Source: Rhodospirillales bacterium (lineage in GTDB: Bacteria; Pseudomonadota; Alphaproteobacteria; BOG-932; Roseiterribacteraceae). Taken from it: DNA of 64,000 bases. Shown one piece after another: positions 17,159-26,663 of this stretch. The position numbers and the translations under genes were made by a program. The notes under the pieces are model-generated. The model was given only the letters and a program-made list of their open reading frames with translations. It did no database searches and had not been told where the DNA came from. Position 1 is the stretch's first letter, and each line of letters begins with the position of its first letter. Location: NCBI GenBank assembly GCA_028291365.1, contig JAQGIE010000088.1, forward strand, positions 3,000 through 66,999, written 5' to 3'.

Positions 17159-18586
17159 ATGACCAGGATGGCTTTGCCCTGCCGCTACCGACACGCAGGA
17201 ATGGCGGCGTTGACGTTGCTCGCCTGCACGACGTCGCTGCAGCGCGCCCATGCCGCGGACAGCCCGCCGGCCGGCCCGGGCGCCGGCCAGGGCATGCAGC
17301 CGCTGCGCTACAATGACGACTTCGCCTATCTCGGCGACCCGCGGCGTAGCGATGACATCTGGGACGCGCTGAAATGGATCCCGCTCGGCGGCGTCGCTCG
17401 CCTCAGTCTCGGCGGCGAGGTTCGCGAGCGGTACCAGTATTTCGAAAATCCGCAGCTCGGCCTCAGCAGCGTTCGCACCGAGAGCTATGTCCTCAGCCGC
17501 GTGCTCGTGCATGCGGATCTGCGGTTCGACAACGGCGTTCGGGCCTTCGTGCAGCTGGGCGAACATGAAGCGCCGCACGTCCGAGAACCCAGCCCGACCG
17601 ACATCGGCCGGCTCGACGTGCAGCAGGCCTTTCTCGACTTCACCACCGATGCCGACAGCGGCAAGCTGACGCTGCGGCTCGGACGGCAGGAGATCGGATT
17701 GGGCGCGCAACGCGTCGTGTCGGTGCGCGAGACACCGAACATCCGGCGCAGCTTCGACGGCGCGCGCCTGGAATGGCAGCAGCCCGGCCTGCGGATCGAT
17801 TTCTTCGCGACGAGGCCGGTCCGCAACAAGCCCGGCGTGTTCGAGGATGCGCTCAACACGCGCCAGTCCTTATGGGGCGCGTATGCGACCGTCGCCAACG
17901 TGCTGCCGGGCACCAGCGCCGATCTCTACTATCTCGGCTTTCGCAACACGGCTGGAAGCTATGCGGGCAAGACCGGCACCGACTTGCGGCACTCGGTCGG
18001 TGCGCGCTTGTTCGGCAAGGAGGCAGGCTGGGATTGGGACGTCGAAGCGGTGCTGCAGGCGGGCCATTTCCGCGACCAGGACGTGCGCGCCTTCATGGCC
18101 GCGGGCGAGGTCGGCTACACCTTCGCCGACCTGCCGCTGCGCCCACGCCTGGCGCTGCAAGCGGACGTCGCGTCGGGTGACGGGAATCCGAACGACACCA
18201 CCCTCAACACCTACAATCCGCTGTTCCCGAAAGGCGCCTATTTCACCGAGGCGTCGATCAACACGCTCTCGAACGTCATGGACCTGTTTCCACGCCTGCA
18301 GGTCCGGCCGTCGCAGTCGCTGCTGCTTACCGCGGGCGTCGACTTCCTGTGGCGCTACAGCCGCACCGACGATTATTATCGGCAGCCTTTCATCCCCGTC
18401 ACCGGCACCGCGCGCAGTCGCGGCAAGTATCTGGGCACGCAGAGCACCGTGCAGGCGGACTGGAAGCTCGACCGCCACGTTTCGATCACCGTCGCCTATG
18501 TGCGATTCGAGGTCGGCGGCACGTTCGACGCGGTGCACGGGCGCGACACCGACTATGTCGGCACCTGGATTCAGTACCGGTTCTGA
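17159..18586 (+). CDS. alginate-export (AlgE-like) family outer-membrane beta-barrel porin, paralogue 1
   Basis: 475 aa with a signal peptide ending in AHA-AD. It shows amphipathic beta-strand periodicity, the motif LGGEVRERYQY, and a C-terminal aromatic residue (TWIQYRF). Confidence 0.75.
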   Translation: MTRMALPCRYRHAGMAALTLLACTTSLQRAHAADSPPAGPGAGQGMQPLRYNDDFAYLGDPRRSDDIWDALKWIPLGGVARLSLGGEVRERYQYFENPQLGLSSVRTESYVLSRVLVHADLRFDNGVRAFVQLGEHEAPHVREPSPTDIGRLDVQQAFLDFTTDADSGKLTLRLGRQEIGLGAQRVVSVRETPNIRRSFDGARLEWQQPGLRIDFFATRPVRNKPGVFEDALNTRQSLWGAYATVANVLPGTSADLYYLGFRNTAGSYAGKTGTDLRHSVGARLFGKEAGWDWDVEAVLQAGHFRDQDVRAFMAAGEVGYTFADLPLRPRLALQADVASGDGNPNDTTLNTYNPLFPKGAYFTEASINTLSNVMDLFPRLQVRPSQSLLLTAGVDFLWRYSRTDDYYRQPFIPVTGTARSRGKYLGTQSTVQADWKLDRHVSITVAYVRFEVGGTFDAVHGRDTDYVGTWIQYRF

Positions 18587-18702
18587 CGGCGCTGGCGGCG
18601 AAGATGCTCCGCGTTTGCGCCAAATCGTTGGCGTTTTCCTTCGGTGCGCACGGATCGCCGGGATTTGCTCTATGGTGACGCGTTGCGATCGGTAGGGACC
18701 CC

Positions 18703-18948
18703 ATGGCGCGCGAGACATTCTATGTCGTTCAGGCCTACAGCGCCGGCAGGGGCAACGGCCTGAAAGCGGACACGCCGGTGTCGTGCAAATCGGCCGAACT
18801 GGCGCGCAAAACGGCAGAACGGCTGGGGCAGACCAAACTCGGCGTCATCGCCTTCGCAAGCTCCGGCGACCAGGATCTCGGCGAATATGATGACGAGCCT
18901 GTCATTCTGTTTCAAACCGGACGCGTGCCCGAGCAGTTCGAGCGTTGA
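18703..18948 (+). CDS. hypothetical small protein (81 aa)
   Basis: ATG 4 nt after AGGGA. The composition is balanced and protein-like (MARETFYVVQAYSAGRGNGLKADTPVSCKSAELARKTAERLGQTKLGVIAF...). No family recognised. Confidence 0.5.
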   Translation: MARETFYVVQAYSAGRGNGLKADTPVSCKSAELARKTAERLGQTKLGVIAFASSGDQDLGEYDDEPVILFQTGRVPEQFER

Positions 18949-19041
18949 TCCGCACGAGCCCTCGGTAGAATTGCGCGCGATTTCAGTTTGCGCGCCGTAC
19001 GGCTACAATGAGTCGTCCTTTCACGAAGCCGGCTGCCTCTC

Positions 19042-19338
19042 ATGTTCGAAATCGTTCGTAGCCAAATCCACGTCGACGCACCGTCCGGCATCGAGGCGCA
19101 GATCCTGGAATTCCGCCGCCTGGCCAAAGGCCGCATCGCGCCGGCCGAAGTCGAACGCGCGGTCGACCGCGCGCGCACGGTCGCGCAGGAGTTCGCCCGC
19201 CACGCCCGCAACTACGAATCCGCCTCGAGAGTCGAAGAAGCGCGCGAGCTGACCGGCGAGGGCTGGAGCATCGTCGTTTCGCTGAGCACGGCGCCCACGG
19301 GCCTCTGGTCACGGATGAAGCGCGCGCTGGTCGGCTGA
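19042..19338 (+). CDS. hypothetical small protein (98 aa)
   Basis: ORF with a helical, charged composition. No clear Shine-Dalgarno sequence and no recognised family. Confidence 0.4.
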   Translation: MFEIVRSQIHVDAPSGIEAQILEFRRLAKGRIAPAEVERAVDRARTVAQEFARHARNYESASRVEEARELTGEGWSIVVSLSTAPTGLWSRMKRALVG

Positions 19339-19387
19339 TCCGTTCGATTGCGGACGGGCGGACGAAGCGTATCCACGCTCCCCCGGG

Positions 19388-20077
19388 TCAGTCGCGGCCT
19401 CGCGCCCGGGGCTGCAGCAGGTGGGCCTGAAGCGGCTGCACCAGCACGAAACGCCCGGCGGCGTCGCGCGCGGCGGCCCGGTGAAAGGCGGCCTCGATCA
19501 CCGGCCGGCGCGCCGCGATCGCTTCGTTGCGCGACTCCTCGGCGGCCGCGACGCGTTCGAGAAAGGGCGCGACGCCGTCGAAGGTCTCTTCGCGCACATA
19601 ATCTTCCCGCCGCAGCAGCGCGAACAGTCCCTGTTCGATCGCCGACGCGATCGCCGCCTGCGCCGCTTCGCGCACCGCGGTCTCGTCCTCGATCGGCAAC
19701 AGCGCCGCCGAGTAGCTGCCGGTCGTGGCCGGTTCGATGACCAGCACCAGCCCGTCGGCGCCGGTGACGCGCGCCGCTTCCGCCAGCGCCGGCAGCATCG
19801 CGCCGGTCGGCAGGTGGTGCAGCGAATTGAGAAAGATCGCGGCACCGAACGCGCCCGCGTCGAACGGCAGCGTTTCGCCGCCGACGGCGTGGAAATCACC
19901 TTGCGGGACCAGCGCCCGCGCCGCTTCGATGGCCTCGGACGAGGGATCGACGCCGCTGACCACGGCGCCGCGTCGCTGCAGCGAGCGCGCCAGCTGGCCG
20001 CCGCCGCAGCCGATATCGAGCACGCGCTTGCGGTCGAGCGGATGCAGCGTCTCGGTGATCAGGGTCATCGAATCCAT
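19388..20077 (-). CDS. class I SAM-dependent methyltransferase
   Basis: C-terminal 229 aa of ORF 19388..20926. Motif I is VLDIGCGGGQLARSL, with an acidic post-I residue in VSGVDPS. The start MDSMTLI lies 11 nt downstream of the GntR stop, preceded by GAGG. Confidence 0.8.
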   Translation of the reverse strand: MDSMTLITETLHPLDRKRVLDIGCGGGQLARSLQRRGAVVSGVDPSSEAIEAARALVPQGDFHAVGGETLPFDAGAFGAAIFLNSLHHLPTGAMLPALAEAARVTGADGLVLVIEPATTGSYSAALLPIEDETAVREAAQAAIASAIEQGLFALLRREDYVREETFDGVAPFLERVAAAEESRNEAIAARRPVIEAAFHRAAARDAAGRFVLVQPLQAHLLQPRARGRD

Positions 20078-20088
20078 GGCGTTGCGCC

Positions 20089-20868
20089 TCAATCGTTGGA
20101 ATCGCGGCGCAGCCGCACGGAGTAGGTGAACAGATCGGCCGGGTGCCAATTGTCCGAGGTCAGCATCGAGCCGCCGCTGGCGTCGAAATAGCGCCGCACC
20201 ACATGCACCGCGGGCGAGCCGGCGCGCAGCTTGAGCGCGACCGCCGCCTTGCCCGGCAACGGCGCTGCCGTGATCTCCTGCCGCGCCTCGGCGACGATCT
20301 CGCCGGTGCGCTCTTCGATCATCGAATAGATCGGCTCGGTGCGTTCGCGCACGTCGGTGAGCACGCCGGCGAAACGCCCGTGCACGTAGATGGTCGAAAA
20401 GCACAGCGCGTTGCCGATGTCGGTGGTGCGGCGCACGCCGGTGATGCGCAACCAGCGGCTGGCTTCGCTGGCCGGCACGATGCCGGCTGCGTGCGCGTCC
20501 AGCGCAACCAGGTCGAGCTCGGCGACGTCGAGCCAGGTGTCGCGCTTGTACTGGAACACTTCGACCAGCGAACGCAGCGTGTGCACGTACACGGCCTTGG
20601 GCGCGGCGGCGACGACGCGCGTGCCGGCACCCTGCTTGCGCGCCACCAGGCCCAGCTTGGCCAGGCGGCCGATCGCCTCGCGCACCGTGTGCCGGCTGAC
20701 GCCGAACCGCGTGCACAGATCGGACTCGCTCGGCAGGACCGAACCGATCGCGTAGAGGCCGCGCGCAATATCGGCCCGCAACAGGCCCGCGACCCGCGCA
20801 TAGAGATGGCCGGCCTCCGCATCGCTCTCGGTGCGTGCCGGATCGCGCGCGCTCTTCCGCTGGCCCAT
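20089..20868 (-). CDS. GntR-family transcriptional regulator, HutC/FarR subfamily (UTRA effector domain)
   Basis: ORF 20089..20916. Winged HTH: LPSESDLCTRFGVSRHTVREAIGRLAKLGLVARKQGAGTRV. The UTRA-like C-terminal half follows. I prefer the start at MGQRKSAR (20868). Confidence 0.85.
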   Translation of the reverse strand: MGQRKSARDPARTESDAEAGHLYARVAGLLRADIARGLYAIGSVLPSESDLCTRFGVSRHTVREAIGRLAKLGLVARKQGAGTRVVAAAPKAVYVHTLRSLVEVFQYKRDTWLDVAELDLVALDAHAAGIVPASEASRWLRITGVRRTTDIGNALCFSTIYVHGRFAGVLTDVRERTEPIYSMIEERTGEIVAEARQEITAAPLPGKAAVALKLRAGSPAVHVVRRYFDASGGSMLTSDNWHPADLFTYSVRLRRDSND

Positions 20869-20896
20869 CGTCCGTCGCCCCGTTCGTTTCACGCCG

Positions 20897-20922
20897 ACTT
20901 GTATGTCGCCGACCATACAAGT
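20897..20922. promoter_or_regulatory. candidate GntR/HutC-type operator palindrome
   Basis: Perfect 9-bp inverted repeat ACTTGTATG-N8-CATACAAGT. It lies in the divergent gap between the GntR gene (start 20868) and the acyl-CoA dehydrogenase (start 21078). It contains the GT..AC / TGTAT core usual for this family. Confidence 0.45.
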
Positions 20923-21077
20923 TCAAGCGCCGAGTCTGCCAGCTTCGGGCCGGTGCTGCACATCAGTTTTCGTTGTGCAGTGCGGGATGCTGCGGAGTTG
21001 ACTCGGCGGCCACATTGTTCAAACTCGTCCGGACAAGTTCGGCCGCCGGCAAACCGGCGCACGTGGAGGAGACGAGC

Positions 21078-22253
21078 ATGGGCGTGGCAACGCTCGGTCG
21101 CGTGATCGATCGGGAAGAGGAAGCGCAGCTTCTCGACAGCATCGAGCGCTGGCTCGAACGCGAAGTGCGTCCGGTCGTGAAGGATCACGACCATGCCGAC
21201 CGCTATCCCGTCGAGATCGTCGAGCAGATGAAGGCGCTCGGCCTGTTTGGCGCCACCATCGCGCCGGAATATGGCGGGCTGGGCCTGCCCGCCACGACCT
21301 ACGCCAAGCTCGTGATGAAGATCTCGAGCGTGTGGATGGCGATCACCGGCATCTTCAATTCGCATCTGATGCTGGCGATGGCGATCGAGAAATTCGGCAC
21401 GCCGGCGCAGAAATCGCTGTGGCTGCCGCAGCTCGCGTCGGGCGAGGTGCGCGGCGGGCTGGCCCTGACCGAGCCCGACGCCGGCACCGACCTGCAGGCG
21501 ATCCGCACCGTCGCGCGCCGCGACGGCGACGATTACGTCATCACCGGCACCAAGACCTGGATTTCGAACGGCATCGAAGGCAGCTGCTTCGCGCTGCTGG
21601 TCAAGACCGATTCCACCGCGCATCCCCGACACAAGGGGATGAGCATGTTCATCGCGCCGAAGCAGGACGGCTTCCGCGTCGGCAAGAAGCTCGAGAAGCT
21701 CGGCTACAAATCGATCGATTCGGCCGAGCTGGTGTTCGACGACTACCGCATCTCGAAGGAGCATCTGATCGGCGGTGTCGAAGGCCAGGGCTTTTATCAC
21801 GCCACCGGTGGTCTCGAACTCGGCCGCATCAACGTCGCTTCGCGTGGCGTCGGCGTCGCCGAGGGCGCGCTGCAGATGGCGATCGACTACGCCCAGATCC
21901 GCCGCACCTTCGGCAAGCCGATCTGCGAGCACCAGGCAATCCAGCTCAAGCTCGGCGAGATGGCGACGCGCGCGCGTGCGGCGCGGCTCCTGACGCTCGA
22001 CGCCGCCGCCACCTACGATCGCGGCGAGCGCTGCGACATGGAAGCGGGCATGGCGAAATTCTTCGCCTCGGAAGCGGCCTTGACCAACAGCACCGAGTCG
22101 CTGCGCATCCACGGCGCCTACGGCTACTCGAAGGAATACGACATCGAGCGCCTGTATCGCGACGCGCCGCTGATGTGCATCGGCGAAGGCACCAACGAGA
22201 TGCAGCGCATCATCATCTCGAAACACCTGATCCGGCGGAACGCCGTCACATGA
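21078..22253 (+). CDS. acyl-CoA dehydrogenase
   Basis: Internal ATG after GGAGGAG in ORF 20835..22253. It has GGLALTEPDAGTDL, KTWISNG, and the catalytic-base region RDAPLMCIGEGTNEMQRIIISKHL. Confidence 0.9.
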   Translation: MGVATLGRVIDREEEAQLLDSIERWLEREVRPVVKDHDHADRYPVEIVEQMKALGLFGATIAPEYGGLGLPATTYAKLVMKISSVWMAITGIFNSHLMLAMAIEKFGTPAQKSLWLPQLASGEVRGGLALTEPDAGTDLQAIRTVARRDGDDYVITGTKTWISNGIEGSCFALLVKTDSTAHPRHKGMSMFIAPKQDGFRVGKKLEKLGYKSIDSAELVFDDYRISKEHLIGGVEGQGFYHATGGLELGRINVASRGVGVAEGALQMAIDYAQIRRTFGKPICEHQAIQLKLGEMATRARAARLLTLDAAATYDRGERCDMEAGMAKFFASEAALTNSTESLRIHGAYGYSKEYDIERLYRDAPLMCIGEGTNEMQRIIISKHLIRRNAVT

Positions 22254-23422
22254 AGCCGCTGGCCGGCACCCGCATCCTCACGCTGGAACAGTTCGGCGCC
22301 GCGCCGTACGGCACCATGTTCCTCGCCGATCTCGGCGCCGAGGTGATCAAGGTCGAGAATCCGGCGCAGGGCGGCGACGCCTCGCGCGCGGTCGGGCCGC
22401 ACATGCTGGGTGCGAACGACAGCCAGTATTTCCAGGGCTTCAACCTGTCGAAGCGCAGCGTCGCGCTGAATCTCAAGACCCCGCACGACCGCGAGCGCTT
22501 CCTGGCGCTGGTCGCGACCGCCGACGCGGTGGTCAACAATCTGCGCGGCGACCTGCCGGCCACGCTCGGCGTCGACTACGCGTCGCTGCGCGCGGCCAAC
22601 CCCGCCATCGTGTGCCTGCACATCTCGGCCTACGGGCGGGACAATTCGCGCCGCGCCTGGCCCGGCTACGATTTCCTCATGCAGGCCGAGGCCGGGCTGA
22701 TGAGCGTTACCGGCGAACCCGACGGTCCGCCTTCGCGCATGGGCGTGTCGATGATCGACTACATGACCGGCATGACCGGCATGGTGGGCCTGTTGAGCTG
22801 CATTCTCGGCGCGCGCCAAAGCGGCTGCGGCTGCGACGTCGACGCCTCGCTGTTCGACGTCGCGATGCACCAGCACGCCTATGCCGGCCTGTGGTTCCTC
22901 AACAGCGGCGAGGTCCCGCGCCGCGCGGCGCGCAGCGCGCACGCATCGGTGGCGCCGGTGCAGACGCTGCGAACCGCCGACGGCTGGATCTACGTCATGT
23001 GCATGAAGGATAAATTCTGGGAGGAGCTGGCCGACCGGATCGGCCGCCCCGAACTGAAATCCGATCCGCGCTTCGCGACCCAGGCGGCCCGGCGCGCCAA
23101 CCGCGCTTCGCTGACCGAGGTGCTCGACGCGCAACTCGCGACGCGCACCACCGCCGACTGGTTGCAGGTCCTCGCCGGCGCGCTGCCGGTGGCGCCGATC
23201 TACGACGTCGACGAGGCCTTCGCCAATCCGTTCATGGCCGAAACCGGCATGGTGCGCGCGCTGCCGCATCCGGCGCGGCCCGATTTCCGCGTGCTGGCCA
23301 ACCCGCTCAAGATCGACGGCGCGCGCCTGGACCAGGCCGTATGTCCGCCGCTCGGGGCCGACACCGACGACATTTTCGGCGCGCTCGACCGCGACGCCGC
23401 GACGACGGCCGCGACGCGATGA
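22250..23422 (+). CDS. family III CoA-transferase (CaiB/BaiF type)
   Basis: ATGA overlap with the dehydrogenase stop. It starts MKPLAGTRILTLEQFGAAPYGTMFLADLGAEVIKVE and contains ...GYDFLMQAEAGLMSVTGEPDGPP..., the CoA_transf_3 hallmark with the active-site Asp. Confidence 0.9.
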   Translation: MKPLAGTRILTLEQFGAAPYGTMFLADLGAEVIKVENPAQGGDASRAVGPHMLGANDSQYFQGFNLSKRSVALNLKTPHDRERFLALVATADAVVNNLRGDLPATLGVDYASLRAANPAIVCLHISAYGRDNSRRAWPGYDFLMQAEAGLMSVTGEPDGPPSRMGVSMIDYMTGMTGMVGLLSCILGARQSGCGCDVDASLFDVAMHQHAYAGLWFLNSGEVPRRAARSAHASVAPVQTLRTADGWIYVMCMKDKFWEELADRIGRPELKSDPRFATQAARRANRASLTEVLDAQLATRTTADWLQVLAGALPVAPIYDVDEAFANPFMAETGMVRALPHPARPDFRVLANPLKIDGARLDQAVCPPLGADTDDIFGALDRDAATTAATR

Positions 23423-24543
23423 AGCTTGCCGGGCTGCGCGTCGTCGATCTGTCGGTATTCCTGCCGGGACCGTATCTCACCTGCGCGCTCGCCGATCATG
23501 GCGCCGAGGTGATCAAGGTCGAGCCGCCGGGCGAGGGCGATCCCGCGCGCGCCATCGGACCGGCCGACGGGCCGAGCTCGGTGTTCTTCCGCAACGTCAA
23601 TCGCGGCAAGAAGAGCGTCGTCATCGATCTCAAGGCACCGGGCGGCCGCGAGGCGCTGCTCGGCCTGTGCGACACGGCCGACGTGTTCGTCGAATCGTTC
23701 CGGCCCGGCGTGGTGCAGCGGCTCGGCGTCGACTACGAAACGGTGCGCGCACGCAATCCGCGCATCGTCTATTGCTCGATCAGCGCCTTCGGCCAGACCG
23801 GTCCCTATCGCGACCGGCCGGCGCACGATCTCGCGGTCGAAGCTTTGAGCGGCGCGATCGGGCTGACCTTGGGCGACGACGATCGCCCCGCCATTCCGGC
23901 GGTGCCGGCGGCCGACATCGTCAGCTCGTTGTACGGCCTGTCGGCGGTGCTGATGGCGCTGCTGCGTCGGCAGCAGACCGGGACGGGCGACTTCATCGAC
24001 ATTTCGATGCACGAGTCGATCCTTGCCGCCTTTCCCAACGTGCTCGGTCCGGCCTTCGCCGAACGACGGCAGCCGGTGCCCAAGCAGGAACGGTCGATGG
24101 GCGGCAGCGCGTTTTATCAGATCTACGAGACCAGGGACGGGCGCTTCGCCGTGCTCGCCGGACAGGAGATCAAGTTCGTGCGCAACCTGCTGGGTGCGCT
24201 CGACCGTCTCGATCTCGTGCCGCTGTGCGAGCGCGGGCCCGGTCCGCACCAGGGTCCGGTGATCGAGTTCCTGCGCAACGCGTTCCGCCAACGCACGCTG
24301 GCCGAGTGGGTGGCGTGGTTCGCGCCGCGCGACATCTGTTTCGCGCCGGTCAACACGCTGGCCGAGGCTTTCGCCGATCCGCAGATCGCGGCGCGCGGCC
24401 TGTTGCTGCACGATGCCGATGGCCGCACGCATGTCGGCTCGGCAATCCACTACCTGCACGAACCCGCCGCCATCGACCTGTCGGTGCCGGAACTGGGCGC
24501 GCATACGGCGGCAATTCTCCGCACCGCGGAGGAGCGCACGTAG
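23419..24543 (+). CDS. family III CoA-transferase, second copy
   Basis: ATGA overlap with the preceding gene. It starts MKLAGLRVVDLSVFLPGPYLTCALADHGAEVIKVEPP and contains ...AHDLAVEALSG... Confidence 0.9.
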   Translation: MKLAGLRVVDLSVFLPGPYLTCALADHGAEVIKVEPPGEGDPARAIGPADGPSSVFFRNVNRGKKSVVIDLKAPGGREALLGLCDTADVFVESFRPGVVQRLGVDYETVRARNPRIVYCSISAFGQTGPYRDRPAHDLAVEALSGAIGLTLGDDDRPAIPAVPAADIVSSLYGLSAVLMALLRRQQTGTGDFIDISMHESILAAFPNVLGPAFAERRQPVPKQERSMGGSAFYQIYETRDGRFAVLAGQEIKFVRNLLGALDRLDLVPLCERGPGPHQGPVIEFLRNAFRQRTLAEWVAWFAPRDICFAPVNTLAEAFADPQIAARGLLLHDADGRTHVGSAIHYLHEPAAIDLSVPELGAHTAAILRTAEERT

Positions 24544-24598
24544 AGTCGGTCACAAGACGAGCCGCGGAAAGCGGCCGGCACCAACGGGAGGAATTTCG

Positions 24599-25786
24599 AT
24601 GTTTCAGTCACTGCCACGCACGCTTGCCGCGCTCGGCCTTCTGACCGCGGTTCTGTTCGGCGCGCCGACGGCCCGCGCCGCCGACCCGATCAAGATCGGC
24701 ATCGCTCTGTCGATGACCGGCAATCTCGCCGACTCGGCCGGGCATTACCGCAAGGCGATCGAACTCTGGCGCGACATGATCAACCAGAAGGGCGGCCTGC
24801 TCGGCCGTCCGGTCGAGCTGGTTCTGTATGACGAGCGCAGCGATCCCGCGACCGCGGCGCGTCTCTACGAGCGGCTGATCACCGTCGACAAGGTCGACCT
24901 GCTGATCGCGCCCTGGGGCTCGGCTTCGACCGCGACCTCGTCGGCGGTGGCCGAAAAGCACAAGCGCCTGCTCATCAATGCCGGCGGCGCGTCGGAAAAA
25001 GTGCAGGAGCGCGGCTTCCGCTACACGGTGCAGACGGCGGCGCCGATCTCGGCCTATGTCGAAGGCATCGCGCCGCTGATGGCGAAGTACAAGTACGACT
25101 CGATGGTGATGGTGTCGCGCGACTTCAACGCGGCGCGCGACATGAGTGCGGCGCTCGAGAAGATCGCCAAAGAGAAGAATATCAAGATCCTGAATTCCGA
25201 GTATTTCCCGGCCGGCAGCACCGACTTCTCGTCGAACATCGCCAAGGGGCGGCAGCTCGGTCCCGACGTCTGGGTTTCGCTCGCCTATCCCAACGAGGCG
25301 ATCGAACTGGTGCGCCAGTTCCGCGCCACCAACTACCTGCCCAAAGTCTTCATCTCGAACGGCGTGTCGCAGGAGGACTTCCTCAAGGCGGCGGGCAAGG
25401 ACGGCGAATATGCGATCGGCATGTCGCTGTACGAGCCGGTGATGAAGACCAAGGGCAACGCCGAATTCGCCAAGGCGTTCGTCGCCAAATACGGCTACGA
25501 GCCCGGCTATTTCGCCGGTTTCGGCTATGCCGGCGCGACGGTGCTGGCCGAGGTGGTGACCAAGACCGGCAGTCTCGACCAGGACAAGCTGCGGGCCGAA
25601 CTCGACACCTACGAGACCGACACGGTGCTGGGCCATCACAAGATCGAGCCCAAGACCGGCCTGCAGGTCGGCGTCAAAGGCCTGCTGATCCAGGTGCGCA
25701 ACGGCAAGCGCGAGATCATCTGGCCGACCGAGTTCAAGACCATCGACGAGGTGCTGCCGCTGCCGGCCTGGGAGCAACGCTCATGA
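24599..25786 (+). CDS. ABC transporter periplasmic substrate-binding protein (LivJ/LivK-like, Peripla_BP_6)
   Basis: ATG after GGGAGGA. Signal peptide MFQSLPRTLAALGLLTAVLFGAPTARA-ADPIKIG, followed by a type I periplasmic binding fold. Confidence 0.9.
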   Translation: MFQSLPRTLAALGLLTAVLFGAPTARAADPIKIGIALSMTGNLADSAGHYRKAIELWRDMINQKGGLLGRPVELVLYDERSDPATAARLYERLITVDKVDLLIAPWGSASTATSSAVAEKHKRLLINAGGASEKVQERGFRYTVQTAAPISAYVEGIAPLMAKYKYDSMVMVSRDFNAARDMSAALEKIAKEKNIKILNSEYFPAGSTDFSSNIAKGRQLGPDVWVSLAYPNEAIELVRQFRATNYLPKVFISNGVSQEDFLKAAGKDGEYAIGMSLYEPVMKTKGNAEFAKAFVAKYGYEPGYFAGFGYAGATVLAEVVTKTGSLDQDKLRAELDTYETDTVLGHHKIEPKTGLQVGVKGLLIQVRNGKREIIWPTEFKTIDEVLPLPAWEQRS

Positions 25787-25799
25787 CGGGACGCGGCTG

Positions 25800-26663
25800 A
25801 TGCCGGTCTGGGAGCTGCTGGTCGGCGGCATTCTGCTGGGCGGTCTCTACGCGCTGATGGCGTGCGGGCTGAACCTGATCTTCGGCGTCATGGGCGTGAT
25901 CAACTTCGCCCATGGCGACTTCCTCGCCGTGGCGGCGCTGATCACGGTTTCGCTGGTGGTCGGGCTCGGCCTGCCCTTCATCGTCGCGGTGGTGGTGGTG
26001 CCGCTGCTGCTGGCCGCGTTCGGCTACGTCTTCCAGGCCGTGATCCTGCGGCGGATCGCGAACGGGCCCGTCATCATGTCGGTGCTGGCGACGTTCGCGG
26101 TCTCCACCATCATCGTGAACGGCGCCATCCTGGTCTGGGGCGGCTCCTATCGCGGCCTGCCCGGCGTGCTCGGCGGTTCGGTCGAGCTGTTCGGCCTGCA
26201 TCTGTCGGAATCGCGGCTGGTCGCCTTCGTGGTCGCGATGACGGGGTCGCTCGGCGTGTGGTGGTTCCTGCGCCGCACGCGCTTTGGTCGCGCCATCCGC
26301 TCGGTCGCGCAGGCGCCCGAGCTCGCGACCATTTCGGGGATCTCGATCGACCGCGTGCGCAACGTCACCTTCGCGCTGGGCGCCGGCATGGCCGGGCTCG
26401 GCGGGGTGCTGATGGCGCCGACCTTCGCCGCCGATCCGCAGCTCGGCTCGCGCTTCCTGATCAAGGCCTTCGCGGTGATCATCGTCGGCGGCATGGGCAG
26501 CTATCCGGGCGCGATGGCGGGCGCGCTGCTGCTCGGCGTGCTCGAAGTCTTCGGCAGCTACTGGTTCGGTCCGACGATCGGGTCGGCGCTGCTGTTCCTG
26601 GTCATGCTGGCGACGTTGCTGGTGCGGCCGCAAGGCCTGTTCGGAATTGGATTGCGTACGTGA
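25800..26663 (+). CDS. branched-chain-amino-acid-type ABC transporter permease (LivH-like)
   Basis: 287 aa. It has GGLYALMACGLNLIFGVMGVINFAHGDF and 8 hydrophobic segments. Confidence 0.9.
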   Translation: MPVWELLVGGILLGGLYALMACGLNLIFGVMGVINFAHGDFLAVAALITVSLVVGLGLPFIVAVVVVPLLLAAFGYVFQAVILRRIANGPVIMSVLATFAVSTIIVNGAILVWGGSYRGLPGVLGGSVELFGLHLSESRLVAFVVAMTGSLGVWWFLRRTRFGRAIRSVAQAPELATISGISIDRVRNVTFALGAGMAGLGGVLMAPTFAADPQLGSRFLIKAFAVIIVGGMGSYPGAMAGALLLGVLEVFGSYWFGPTIGSALLFLVMLATLLVRPQGLFGIGLRT

